Shown here in pieces: positions 53,448 through 64,000 of a DNA stretch of 64,000 bases. The stretch comes from Dipteris shenzhenensis. Its lineage: Eukaryota. The stretch lies in assembly GCA_047967505.1 (NCBI GenBank), contig CM106538.1. The stretch is one strand, 5' to 3'. Position numbers and translations under genes: made by a program. Each line of letters opens with the position of its first letter. Position 1 is the stretch's first letter. The notes under the pieces were generated by a model. It ran no database searches and was not told the origin of the DNA. It saw nothing but the letters and a program-made list of their open reading frames with translations.

Positions 53448-54175
53448 GTAGATTCTTGAAAATGTAATCTCAAACCATCTGACCAAATATGGATAAAGCA
53501 TGCATAGGGCCTAAGGCCTAAGAGGTCCCTTTTTGTATTCTTAGGAAAGAAAAAGGAGTCATTATGAGGTGTCTTCTCGATGGTTGCTCTTGCCACTGAT
53601 CGATGATGTCTATCTATTCGAGAGTCTATGCCTCATCTTTTTTGGCGTTGCCCTGTGTCTCATGATTTCTTACTTTGTGTATAGCAACAGCTCCAGGCTC
53701 GTTCCCCAGTGCTTCCTTTGGCAAGAATTTCTGGCTGTTTGGTTTTCATCTTGTGAGGCAATATTATGATCTTCTTATTTATCGGGTTCATTACTAGGTA
53801 CTTGGGACCCTATGGAAGGATCACAATCATCGGGTCTTTGGCTAAATCTCGCTTCTTCTAAGCCTCTCTACAACAATCATTTTATGATTGTCTGCATGTT
53901 CGCAATATAGATTATCATGCCTTCTTGTCATATAATGACATCTTATGTTGTTTGTGGCTGGTTGTCCCTTTCTTGGGGACTCTTCTTTGTAATATAATGA
54001 CAAATGGATTTCACCCCTAAAAAAAGTGTGTATGTACACACACACACACTTTTTTTTTGTGGAATCCATATTTATTTATATTACAAAAACAGTTTATGTT
54101 AGATAATGAGATCCCAATAGATGATCCCATAAATTATAAGAAGCAATTCTTGTTTATATTACAAGAAGCAATTCC

Positions 54176-55208
54176 TGATAGAAAATGAAAATCCCACCAA
54201 AGGGTCTCCCGCAGCAGCGGAAGACTCATAGATGAGCCTAGGAACTACACACGGGAGTGTTTCACTATGGAATCAAGCATCATCAACATGTGTGTATTCA
54301 CAACCATTCATGTGTGCAAGCCAGCAACTAGATTGCGCATCAAGAAAAATATAGAAGCAACACTTATATATTTACATCCGTCCACAAACTGGACACAATA
54401 CAATACCAAAATGTTCTCCTACTATATGCTTGGCACCTCTAGATCTCCAAGCCCGCGTGCTCCATGGATCTTATGTAGACTCTCTGAAGATCCCTTCCAC
54501 CTTGCTATCCGGAAAGCCAGCCTAGGTGGGCTGCCACTCTAGCTTAGTCTGCACAGCTGCTTTTGGGTCACCTTCACCTCCTGAGTATAGGCCCAAGGAT
54601 GCCTGACTGCTGCTCCTATCAACTGTCTTGAGGGCTGCTCCAAGTGATGAGTGTAGAGGCCCCAAATGACCCCTTTTATAGGGCTCCCAGCCCTCCCAAA
54701 ATAGTGACTAGAGCAACCCCTACCAGCCGCCTTTTACTGTCCATTCACCCAACCCAAACAGGCCCTCCAGCTGACTCAAATGGCAGCCTATAAATCCACC
54801 CCTAGGGACACACTTGCAGGCCTTTCGCTGGCCCTGCCTGGCCATGCGGTAGGCTGCCATTGGCCCGCGCAAGCCTGCCCATATCCAGCCTCATTCCCAA
54901 GCCCCTAGGCCTTCCATAGCTTGCTGCACCTGTTCCATCTCTGTTCAGCCCTGTTCTAGGCCCTGGAAAGCTTCCAACCAGTCCGTACTGAGGTTTCCTT
55001 GCACATGCTTGTCCTCTCCATCCATGGACAGCCATGTGGTACTCCCGCACCACTTCTGCCCACCATGGTGGCCCTGATCCGCCAAGTATTATCTCCTCTC
55101 ACTCTCTGCTGCCCATGTGGAAGCCCCATGCCTACTCCTATTCTATGGTCTACCTCCTCGATGCACTCCTCATATGGAGGCTCATAGGTGGGATGTTACC
55201 TCAAGCCA
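54176..55208 (-). mobile_element. LTR, same family as 47238-48411, inverted
   Basis: rc of 'ccccatctgtaagcc.catatgagga' near 55167-55208 and of the U5 end at 54176. Confidence 0.75.
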
Positions 55209-55734
55209 CCGTGACTGGTGTGCGAAATCGGTGGTGGAGCAAAAGCCACTCATTGAAAAGCCAGAAGAAGACTATGACGAACCCAAAGTGTTTCAGAGGG
55301 CTACAACACGGGAGCTACTGGAGCATCTTCATCTATGGATTTGGATCATGTCAATGTGGGTCAGTGAGAGGGGGTGTGGAAATAGGGCCGTCACAATCCC
55401 CCACGCCTCCCTCAACATCAAGTGGCTCCGAACCTTCATTTTCCACAACGGTTAGTCGGTCTCGTTGAGCTTGCCTGTCTCACCAAAATTTGGGATCTAA
55501 TATCTATTAGCCATGATAATAAGCTAAAAGAAGTAAAGGGTTTATAGTGTCATAAATGTTTGAACCTGAGCCTCCCACTTGGGTACAATCCTTCAAACGC
55601 CTACCTGAACCTGAGGCTCCCACCTGGATACAATCCTACAAACACCGAAGCTAATTCCTCCGAGCAATGAATCAAGGTCGTCCTTCAACCAGGTCGTTGC
55701 TGTCAAGCTCTACTTCCTGAGAACTTTCGTTAGG

Positions 55735-57185
55735 GCTCTGATACCTTGTTAGCAAATGAAAATCCCCCCAAAGAGTATCCTGCAATGGAAGACTGATAGA
55801 TGAGCCCAGGAATTACGCGGGCACATTTCACCATAGAATCACGCTTCATCAACATGTGTGTACTTCACAACCATTCATGTGTGTGCAAGCCAACAAATAG
55901 ACTGTGTATCAAGACAAATATAGAAGCAACACATATATATTTCCTGTAGGAACAAAGTGAAGACAGGTTGTGAACACAAGTGAGCAAGAGTGCACACACA
56001 AGACAGCTCCAATAGAAATGTTCAAATGAAGCAATACAAGTACTTGGTATATATAGTATCCTAGTACTACTGGTCAACCATAGGGTTGAATTTATGCCTA
56101 CAACACCATATCTTTGTAATCTCTTACAAATCCCCCCTCAAAGATATGGCTGAAAGTACCCTGGAAACATCTCAGATGTACCCTGCAGTACCTAAAGTAC
56201 CATGGTTGCACAAATTCATCCAAATGGATATGCAACCTATGGGAGTACATGAAAACAATGTCATTGTGAATCACTTCACAACCCCCCTTGACGTTGTGAG
56301 AATGTCTATGATCCCCAAGCCATGTCGATGTCGTAAGAAAAGATCTGTTGACAGGGCTTTGGTGAAGATATCCACCACATTGTCCTCAGATGGACAATAG
56401 ATGAGATCAATGAAGCCATTAGAAATACAATCCCGTACATAATGATAATGATTTTCAATGTGTTTCATGCAAGCATGAAAGACAAGATTGTTGGCTATGG
56501 CAATGCAACTCCGGCTGTCACAGAAGATAGAGTTTGCTTCGCCATCCTGTGCATGATGCAAGTCATGCAAAAGCTTCCTTGACCACATTAACTCCGTAGT
56601 GGCTTAATTTGGAGGAAAGAGAGACTCGCTCTTGCTTCTTACTGAGCCATGAGATACAGGCTGAACCCAATGAGAAGCAATAGCCAGGACCGTCTGTCGT
56701 CAATGTCCCTTGACCAATCTGAGTCGATGAAACCACTCAGCTTTAGATCACAATCTGAAGCATAATGCAAGCCGAGAGAGAGAGTGCCATGGACATATCT
56801 GAGAACCCTCTTTGCTGCATTCCAATGTGTGATCGTAAGACAATGCATGAACTGGCTCAAAAGCCCTGTAGCGTAGGCAAGAATGTTGACGAAGCCCTGG
56901 GACAGCAAAAACTGATGTATCTTCTAATACCATGCACGAGGTGCTTGCTTCAGCCCATATAGAGCCTTCCTGAGCTTGCATACCTTGTGCTCTTGTCCCT
57001 TCACCTCAAAACCTTGGGGCTGATGTACATAGACCTCCTCTTTAAGATCATTGATGAAAGCGGTCTTGACATCCATCTGGTACACTGACCAACCATAAAA
57101 CGCAGCAAGAGAGATGACGGAACGAATGGTGGTCATCTTGGCCACTGGAGCAAATGTCTCCTCATAATCTATCCCCTCCTCACCC
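55735..57185 (-). mobile_element. Ty1/Copia RT-RNase H remnant with PPT, LTR (55747-56280) and downstream PBS
   Basis: '[18 protein letters not shown]', 'QMDVKTAF', '[14 protein letters not shown]', 'FIDSDWS', 'KHIENHYHYVRD', 'DIFTKAL'; PPT rc at 56282-56289; PBS rc GCTCTGATACC at 55735. Confidence 0.92.
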
Positions 57186-58068
57186 TGTCATATGATTTTT
57201 CAAAGTCAAGTAGGAGAATGGACAAGTGCTGGTGATTCTCTTTGTCCCATTCACATGCTTGCTAAAATGAGAAGATGGTATCAAAGATACTTTTGACCCT
57301 GTATGGAAGTACTCTGGTACCATGCCAGGGAGATGTGGCTGAAACTGCCAAGATCTCCTCCATGAGTTGCATGATCCAAATCGCCTGAGATTGTTTATTA
57401 AGATGCCTCTATCTGCTGCTCCATGAGCTGTCTTCGGATGGGCATGTACTGCTGCCTATGGCTGTGCTACTTTTTGTTCCAATTGTGCGGCCATTGCTGA
57501 CCTGCTGCATGCACCTTGTTGCTGGATGCTAAATCTCTTGCTGCTGGCTGATGCCCCAAATGGGCTAGGAAGTCTGCCCCATCCCCTCCCCAGCGGGTTG
57601 TTACAGCCCAACTGCTGCTGCTCCAAGGCCAACTTTGCTGATTGGGCAATAGCTGATTTGGTCAACTGCCACCTGCCATTCAATTCACCTTCCCAATTGA
57701 ATGTCCCATGAATGTGGGCTCATAAGCGGGGGATTTGATCAACTTTGCTGATTGATCTGGACACCATGGTCAGGTTGCTGATTTGGTCAACTGCCACCTG
57801 CCATTCAATTCACCTTCCGACCGATCAAATGTCCAATGAATGTGGGCTCATACATCGGAAATTCTGCATTCCTACCTCTCACTGCCCCTTGTCCCCTCAA
57901 ATCAGGGGCTCACAGGTGGGCACAGTGAGAATCTAACAGCTATCACCTATAAGATCTCCCAACTTTTTCAGGTTGGACTCGTAGCATTTGGTTGGGGTCG
58001 CTAGTGGTACCTCCTTTTGGACTTCGAGAAGACTTGTCACCCAGTGGATTTGTTTGTTCAGGATGACA
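57186..58068. mobile_element. probable solo LTR
   Basis: TGTCAT...ATGACA termini abutting the Copia RT break; internal ~100-bp duplication (57631-57725 / 57745-57850); TSD not clean. Confidence 0.5.
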
Positions 58069-58366
58069 CCATCCACGAGCATATATATATATATATATAT
58101 ACCTTTGTACGACTAGAATATATCCAATCGTACAAATTTAGAAATTTTGTTGTTCTAAATTCCAAAAAATCTACACAGAAAATAAAAGAGAAAATGAAAG
58201 AGAAAAAAAGGAAGGCATAGTTAGCAAGCAAAGCAACACTTATGTCATCACCAGTGCCCAAGCATAAGCAGCTATACTGGGTTTCTAAAGCCCGCAGAGT
58301 CTCTTGGGCAAACCCAGAGCACATATGTTTCTTCAATAGATGTGGCAAACAAGTAACAACACCTAC

Positions 58367-58432
58367 TCTAATGTGTAGAGCTTTGATAGATCCATTTGCC
58401 TCAGTTGTAGTGCTTTCTGTGACTGAAGCTTC
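58367..58432 (-). CDS. candidate exon (EASVTESTTTEANGSIKALHIR)
   Basis: gaag|GAA acceptor, AGA|GTAGGT donor, 22 codons, phase 0/0. Confidence 0.5.
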
Positions 58433-59226
58433 CTTCAAGCACGGGACACAAGTATCAGGGGACTACGGTTACACAAGCTTTTGAATTTTGCAGGTGAGGG
58501 TGGATTAGTAACTTATATGGATACTTTACCACGAAACATTGCAAGGTTTCAGGCTTCACTTCACATTTTTCTTTAGCCACAAGATCAATCATTAACTAGC
58601 ATAAGTCTGATCACTTCAACCTCCACAGGAATCCATAACTTGGAGGACGAAATTGGTTATGAATAAATTCCAAGTCCCAACAAGCATAACAGTCCATTAC
58701 CTGATGTGCTCAGTTGCTATCAGTGCTCTATCCTGTCTAGCAATTAGCTCCTCAGACTGCAAGCATTTGCACTGAAATACTGTAGTAGAGGCAGAACACA
58801 ATTCCTCTGACAAAGTTCAGTGGGACCTGCCGTTTCACATTACCTCTGAATACATTCATGACACAAGAAAGTACCATCTTGGCCCACCTTTTAAGTGGCC
58901 ATCTTAAATTCTTATCTTGTTCTTCCCAATCGAGTATATTGTGGCAATGAATAGCTTGACCCATTTCAGTACTGTCTTTTTAGTGTCTGACTTTTGACTT
59001 GGCTGCAACTGGATTATTTTTTTTAAGGAGAAGCAAAAATAAATGGCATTTGTCTAGGCACATACACACTTTGAACTGTGGAAATTTTAAGAATAATTCA
59101 ATACACTGTCAAGAAACATGGTCATCCGATGCATGGCTTTTAAAATGTTATGGAAGTAATTGCAGACATTAAGTGTTACCAGGCCTACTCAATCTTCCTG
59201 ATATGGCTTTGTGCACAAATTCTTAC

Positions 59227-59349
59227 CAGATTATCTTGAGGTACAGGTCCACTGCTGAAAGAGATTCTTGATGCTCTTCTAGAGCCAGCAGACAACCTCT
59301 TCATCTGTGACTGTATTTCAATCATGCTTGACTCCAATTTTTCAAGAGC
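59227..59349 (-). CDS. internal exon (ALEKLESSMIEIQSQMKRL...QDNL)
   Basis: atgcag|GCT acceptor, CTG|GTAAGA donor, 41 codons, coiled-coil. Confidence 0.85.
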
Positions 59350-59434
59350 CTGCATAACACTTACTATCATGGAAATGCTTTGTCACCCTTTGAACTCAAA
59401 AATATTACAAAATTTGCTAGGACAAGGTTCTTAC

Positions 59435-59626
59435 ATCCTTAGTATTCTGAGAAGATTGTGAGATCTTCTCTATATCATCCACATCAGCCTTCTTTTGTAT
59501 GCGATTCTGAAGTTCTGCAACTGCCACCTCCAGTTTAGAACTTGAGGTTGGAGAGAGTTCATCTTCTGCTGTTGGCACTTTACCAACATCCACAAGAAAC
59601 TTCATTTCAAAATCCGATCGTAGGTT
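59435..59626 (-). CDS. internal exon (NLRSDFEMK...ELQNRIQKKADVDDIEK...TKD)
   Basis: ctttccag|AAC acceptor, GAT|GTAAGA donor, 64 codons. Confidence 0.85.
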
Positions 59627-60750
59627 CTGGAAAGGGCATGAAAAAATGTATTTTATAGATTAGGGTAATCTTCTTAAAAACTCTTTCATGTAAAGAAATG
59701 GAAACTTAAGACATGAGAACTTTATAATTGTGATTCTTTCAAAGCACATCAATTATGTATATTAAAATGCAATGCTACGAGGAGTTTTTCTTTAAAGAAA
59801 TTAAAATATAGTTTATATTTTGACAATCTATATCAAGGAATGCCAATAAAGACGCATTATTTTAATTCATTTTTTGACAATCTATATCAAGGAATGCCAA
59901 TAAAGACGCATCCCTAGCTTGTGGGTAATCTCTATACAAGCTAAAGTGACTACTGAATCTATTAGCTCACAGTCGGAAAAACACTAAATGCATGGAATGA
60001 GACTGACTATGATCACAGGCTTCTCACAATGAATTCTCAAATCTCTACTTCTGCTCTGTTTGACCAAACGACTGTATCAACAAGTCCCCAATACGGCTCT
60101 TCAATACCCAGTGCTGTAGGATCTGTATTTTTATAGCCAGTCCCCACTACAGTTGGGCATACGCACAGCGCATTTTGGGCAATGTGCAATCACTCCTATC
60201 CTTGACCTACGCAGCCCTAAGTGGCCATGTGTTCTCTCCAAGTCTAGCCCTCTTGTTCATGAAGTGAATGCAAAGGCCAAAAGGGGATGAATTTGAGCTC
60301 GAAGAAAACAATCCAAGTCAATACATGCAGGTCACCAAGGATAGTTTTGACATATTTATACCAACAAACAACAAACTTTGAGTTTGGGATGGACTAGATT
60401 TCTAACATAGGGATGATAGCAGTGAAAATCATTAAGACACATTTTGTTTCGAAGCACTAAGGACAACAACAGTTACGAATAGAAAACACTCAAGCCACAC
60501 ATATGTCAATGAGGTTCTGGACTAGTGCCTACACCGCACCTTTTCCTAAACAAAAGTTACACCCCTAACAGCACCACATACCCTGAGCACACCTTAATAG
60601 TTGAGCCTTTAAGTGTTTGGCTTCTGTACGGTTGCCACATTGCTTTGACAAAGAAGTGCAACTAGAGAATGAAGTTTGCAAAGTCGCATCTTGTAATTGT
60701 CAGTATGCAGGACTCACCTATTAATTTTGATAGAAATGGAGCTGAAGGAT

Positions 60751-61501
60751 ATATCTAGATGAATCCAGGAACATGCCCAAACTCATCCTCTAAAAACACA
60801 GCATAGTGCAGTTCCAATCTCATGATAGTCACTCATAAGGTTGAAAACCATAAACTCCATCATGCATAGCACGGACTAGCTACTATGAAATCCCCACTGA
60901 CGTCATCAGCGCCCAACAGTGGGTGTGGACCATAGTATAAACATATGCTCTCACACATACAAATCCACATACCCACACATACTTGAGCATCCATTTATAC
61001 AAAGTCTTCGTACTAAGTTTCTATCGGCACTCCGGAGTTGAAGGGTAGACTCAGCCATGACGAAGGCTAGCACTAAAGGAGAAGGCTACACAAAAAGAAG
61101 TCCAAAATCTCTTCATTCAAGCTAAAACTGCTTGTGAAGACTAAATGATTTCATTTTAGTCTCTCCCAGATGAGCATTTAAGTCTAGCTGATAGGGCAAG
61201 GCAAGACTTAAGATAGAAAGAATTATCGCAATACCAACAGGCCACAACATGGACGAAAACTACACAAGGTGAAATTTGCATGTCCGCTAATACGGCAGAA
61301 GCATATATTTAGATGAATCCAGGAACATGCCCAAACTCATCCTCTAAAAACACAACATAGTGCAGTTCCGATCTCATGATAGTCACTCAAAAGGTTGAAA
61401 ACCATAAACTCCATCACACATAGCAGGGACTAGCTACAATGACATCCCCACTGACGGGGGTGTAGACCATAGTATAAACATATGCTCTCCTACATACAAA
61501 T
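60751..61501. repeat. second locus of the ~555-bp unit (about 1.4 copies)
   Basis: Same start point as 24707; second unit starts at 61305; flanks AGGAT / AGCAT. Confidence 0.93.
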
Positions 61502-62195
61502 AGCATGTGTTTGAAACCATATAAAACTAAAATAGCATGCTGCTTCAAGTAGCAGCACCATCAGAATCGGCAGAACAAAACCATACAAGCCATTATGACT
61601 ATCCAACATACTAGAATTTGTATAGAAGTATAATTTTTATGATGGGTAAGGGATATGAAAAGCACACCATTATCTCCCCACAATATAAGAAGTTGCCCGA
61701 GGACCAACTTCTCCTTCTCTTCAAAGAATCTTCTCTGAAGATTAAGGTGACAGCAGACATATTGGCAAATAATAACACTTTCTAGTGGGGATAAAATCTT
61801 TATGACACTCATCTTTGGTAGCTTTATGCAGAGCGTGCCCTAAAATAAGGCTATTTGAAAGGTCAAATGTCTATCTACAAACACGGGATATATAGACAGA
61901 GCAGTTGGACCTAAAGCATTGGTGTGGTGAGGGGGACGGGCTCAAGAAATTTGTGCACTATTTCAAACCATTGAGGGTTCTTATAGAGTTTTTCATGACA
62001 ATAAACAAGACCAAATCCAATCTGTGTTGAATGATGAGAATAATCTGAGCCCATTCCACCTGCTACTCAAGGTTAGGGCAACACCAAGAATCATCAATCA
62101 ATTTCGGTAACCGATAACAAGGGTACATTGGTGTATGTGACTGATGATCCACGTCACTGCTTTCTAGCTACCACTAACATTGTTGATGGACTATT

Positions 62196-62510
62196 TGTTA
62201 GAACATGAAGTCAAGCTGAGTGTGTTTTAGTGTGTTCTACTAGGAGTTCTAGTAGTCTTATGTGTGAGTGCCACGTGTCTTATTGGGAGCCATCCCACAT
62301 ACATTTGTGCACTCTAGTGTGTGTCACTTGTCAAGTCATTCAATCTAATAGCCTACAAGTACTTTGGTCTACATGTGAGTACTTTCTTTTGGTTCATGCT
62401 CTTTCATTATGTCTTTCATACTTTCTGGTTGTTTCCTTTGCTTCCATCCTCCATAGCTCTCTTCCCTTCCTACCCTACCTCCTCTCCTACTCCACTATGT
62501 TCCTTTACTA
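62196..62510 (+). mobile_element. LTR fragment (family of 24432 and 44436)
   Basis: TGTTAG start, 'tgccacgtgtc..attgggagc.atccca', 'ctttggtctacatgtgagtactttc'. Confidence 0.75.
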
Positions 62511-63067
62511 CTCTATGGGACTAATTCTAAAAAATGACAAGAGTTTGAATATAGAATGCCCAAATAAGATGCACTTTCAGTGGTAAGCCTGTGGAGGATT
62601 CGATGGTTTGTGAAAGCATACAACACGTAAGGGTAGTACTGCAAGGTAATGATTTTTCCTAAATCTATGGCAAACTTATATGTTCCTACCTCAATTTGTT
62701 TATCAAAGGGAGGCATGTAGTACCAACAAGTGTGACTACATGGACAACCCAAAAGAATCACCGAATACATCGGCTTTCTGCATGTGAATATTTTGTGACC
62801 TCCAAAGCAGCTTTAAGGACATTAGCATGTAAAAGACAGAGAATGATTTATGCAGGTATAGGCTCTCAAAGATTTTAAAAAGGGAAAAGAATCGTTGAAT
62901 GTGGAGGCAATAGACCTGGAGATAGAGCTTAATTGTGCTTTGAATAGAGGCCCAACACACTAGGCGGAGATGCTTCAAAATGCTAAGCACAATCCCGGTA
63001 AATAAAGTTCAGCCAATATAAGGGCAGTGGATATTATCATGAACTGTAAACACTCAACAATTTTGAC

Positions 63068-63094
63068 CTGAGTGGGTTTGACTTCCAAGTGGTC
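63068..63094 (-). CDS. candidate micro-exon (DHLEVKPTQ)
   Basis: ctctcacag|GAC acceptor, CAG|GTCAAA donor, phase 0/0. Confidence 0.35.
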
Positions 63095-63308
63095 CTGTGA
63101 GAGGATGCCCCATACTTGAATGTGAAGCAGTTCAAAGACAGTGACAATTAAAGAAATTTGAAGATATTATGTCAGGAATTGATAGCTTTAGAGACACATT
63201 ATGTGTAGAAAACATGGTGGGCAAATGGCGCCACTAAACATTTGAACGAGTGTTCAGTCGACTAAACACTTCAATGAATGTTCAGTTACTTATTTATAGT
63301 TTGCTTAC

Positions 63309-63365
63309 AAGATTCCTCAACCTTCCATTGTTCTTTGCAGGAAGGTCAACTGTCTCTTTCCGTTG
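63309..63365 (-). CDS. candidate exon (QRKETVDLPAKNNGRLRNL)
   Basis: Weak aag| acceptor, CTT|GTAAGC donor, 19 codons. Confidence 0.4.
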
Positions 63366-63444
63366 CTTTAATAATTTGAGGATTTTCCCATTTGAAAGAT
63401 GGATCCTCTCATTCCCCACAAAAAAAATGACAAAGTCTACTTAC

Positions 63445-63525
63445 TCTGCAATATTGCTGGAGGGCGTCCAAGTCAGAGGCATTTGACTTTGATGTCTGAT
63501 CCAGCATCAATTTGAGCTGCTCATT
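63445..63525 (-). CDS. exon (NEQLKLMLDQTSKSNASDLDALQQYCR)
   Basis: tttccag|AAT acceptor, AGA|GTAAGT donor, 27 codons. Confidence 0.7.
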
Positions 63526-63840
63526 CTGGAAACACACAGCCGCATTGTGGAAAATGATAATTAGCTTCAGCTGTGAGGAATTGGTGAAGAAAGCAAGCAA
63601 GCAATTTCACAAATAATTTGCTTTATGAGGAATAAAAACTATGTAAGGAAGAATTTAAAACTATGTAATTGCAACACCAATAAAATCAATCCTCGCTCTG
63701 TCTGAAGCTGCAAAGAGGAGGAAACAGTCTCTGCTTTGTAAATAAGTTTTTCCACAAGATGGGGCCTTTTAGAGGCATGTTCTCTTTAAAACAAGCAATA
63801 AGACTTCGTGTACTGTAAAAAGCATTGAGCAGCCCTTTAC

Positions 63841-64000
63841 TTGTTCTTCCAAGGAGTGGAGTTTCTCATTTTGTTCCTCAAAGTCTAGCAGTAACACTTC
63901 GAGTTTTTGGTTCAAGGTTTCAAGGGAAATAGGCTGAGGAACTTCAAGTGCCTCCAAGGTTTTCTTAGTGACGTCTTCTAGTGCATCCAAACGAGGTGCA
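63841..64000 (-). CDS. exon running off the window edge (..RLDALEDVTKK...KLHSLEEQ)
   Basis: Open coiled-coil frame, CAA|GTAAAG donor. Confidence 0.75.

Larger units (their letters stand above)
22563..64000 (-). other. multi-exon host gene (5' end outside window), coiled-coil protein with DUF4795/QRICH2-like C-terminus
   Basis: Chain of phase-compatible GT-AG exons listed below; introns up to ~22 kb filled with TEs. Confidence 0.8.

Noticed and set aside
58526-59005. Additional candidate exons (58701-58756, ~58530-58595, ~58960-59002)
   Set aside because: Splice signals are plausible but phases could not be reconciled; needs RNA-seq
61690-61840. Possible exons (HALHKATKDECHK; RRFFEEKEKL)
   Set aside because: No convincing donor sites

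Overview
Eukaryotic, plant-type DNA packed with decayed transposons. It is probably from a large-genome seed-free plant such as a fern, inferred from the RTEX LINEs, Met-i-primed LTR elements and a probable flagellum-type gene. One host gene can be reconstructed on the minus strand from phase-compatible GT-AG exons (>64000 down to a stop at 22563, at least 41 kb). It encodes a coiled-coil protein ending in a 'KADK...GKPLYGFKCMSCDHP' module resembling DUF4795 (QRICH2/C16orf96-like). Its introns hold nested Copia, Gypsy and non-autonomous LTR elements, solo LTRs and LINE fragments. Positions 1-22000 are intergenic: a Sola-like transposase relic cut by a Copia LTR, a foldback TIR element, an RTEX LINE, a decayed Helitron with AT-rich subrepeats, and an L1 fragment. 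The most unusual feature is a non-coding ~555-bp unit found as head-to-tail multimers at two loci (24707-29517, 60751-61501). Both loci have the same fixed end, a variable other end, AGCAT-like motifs at all four breakpoints, and many hairpins on one strand. This is a candidate unclassified rolling-circle or circular-intermediate mobile element. All calls come from reading the sequence by eye; no searches were run.
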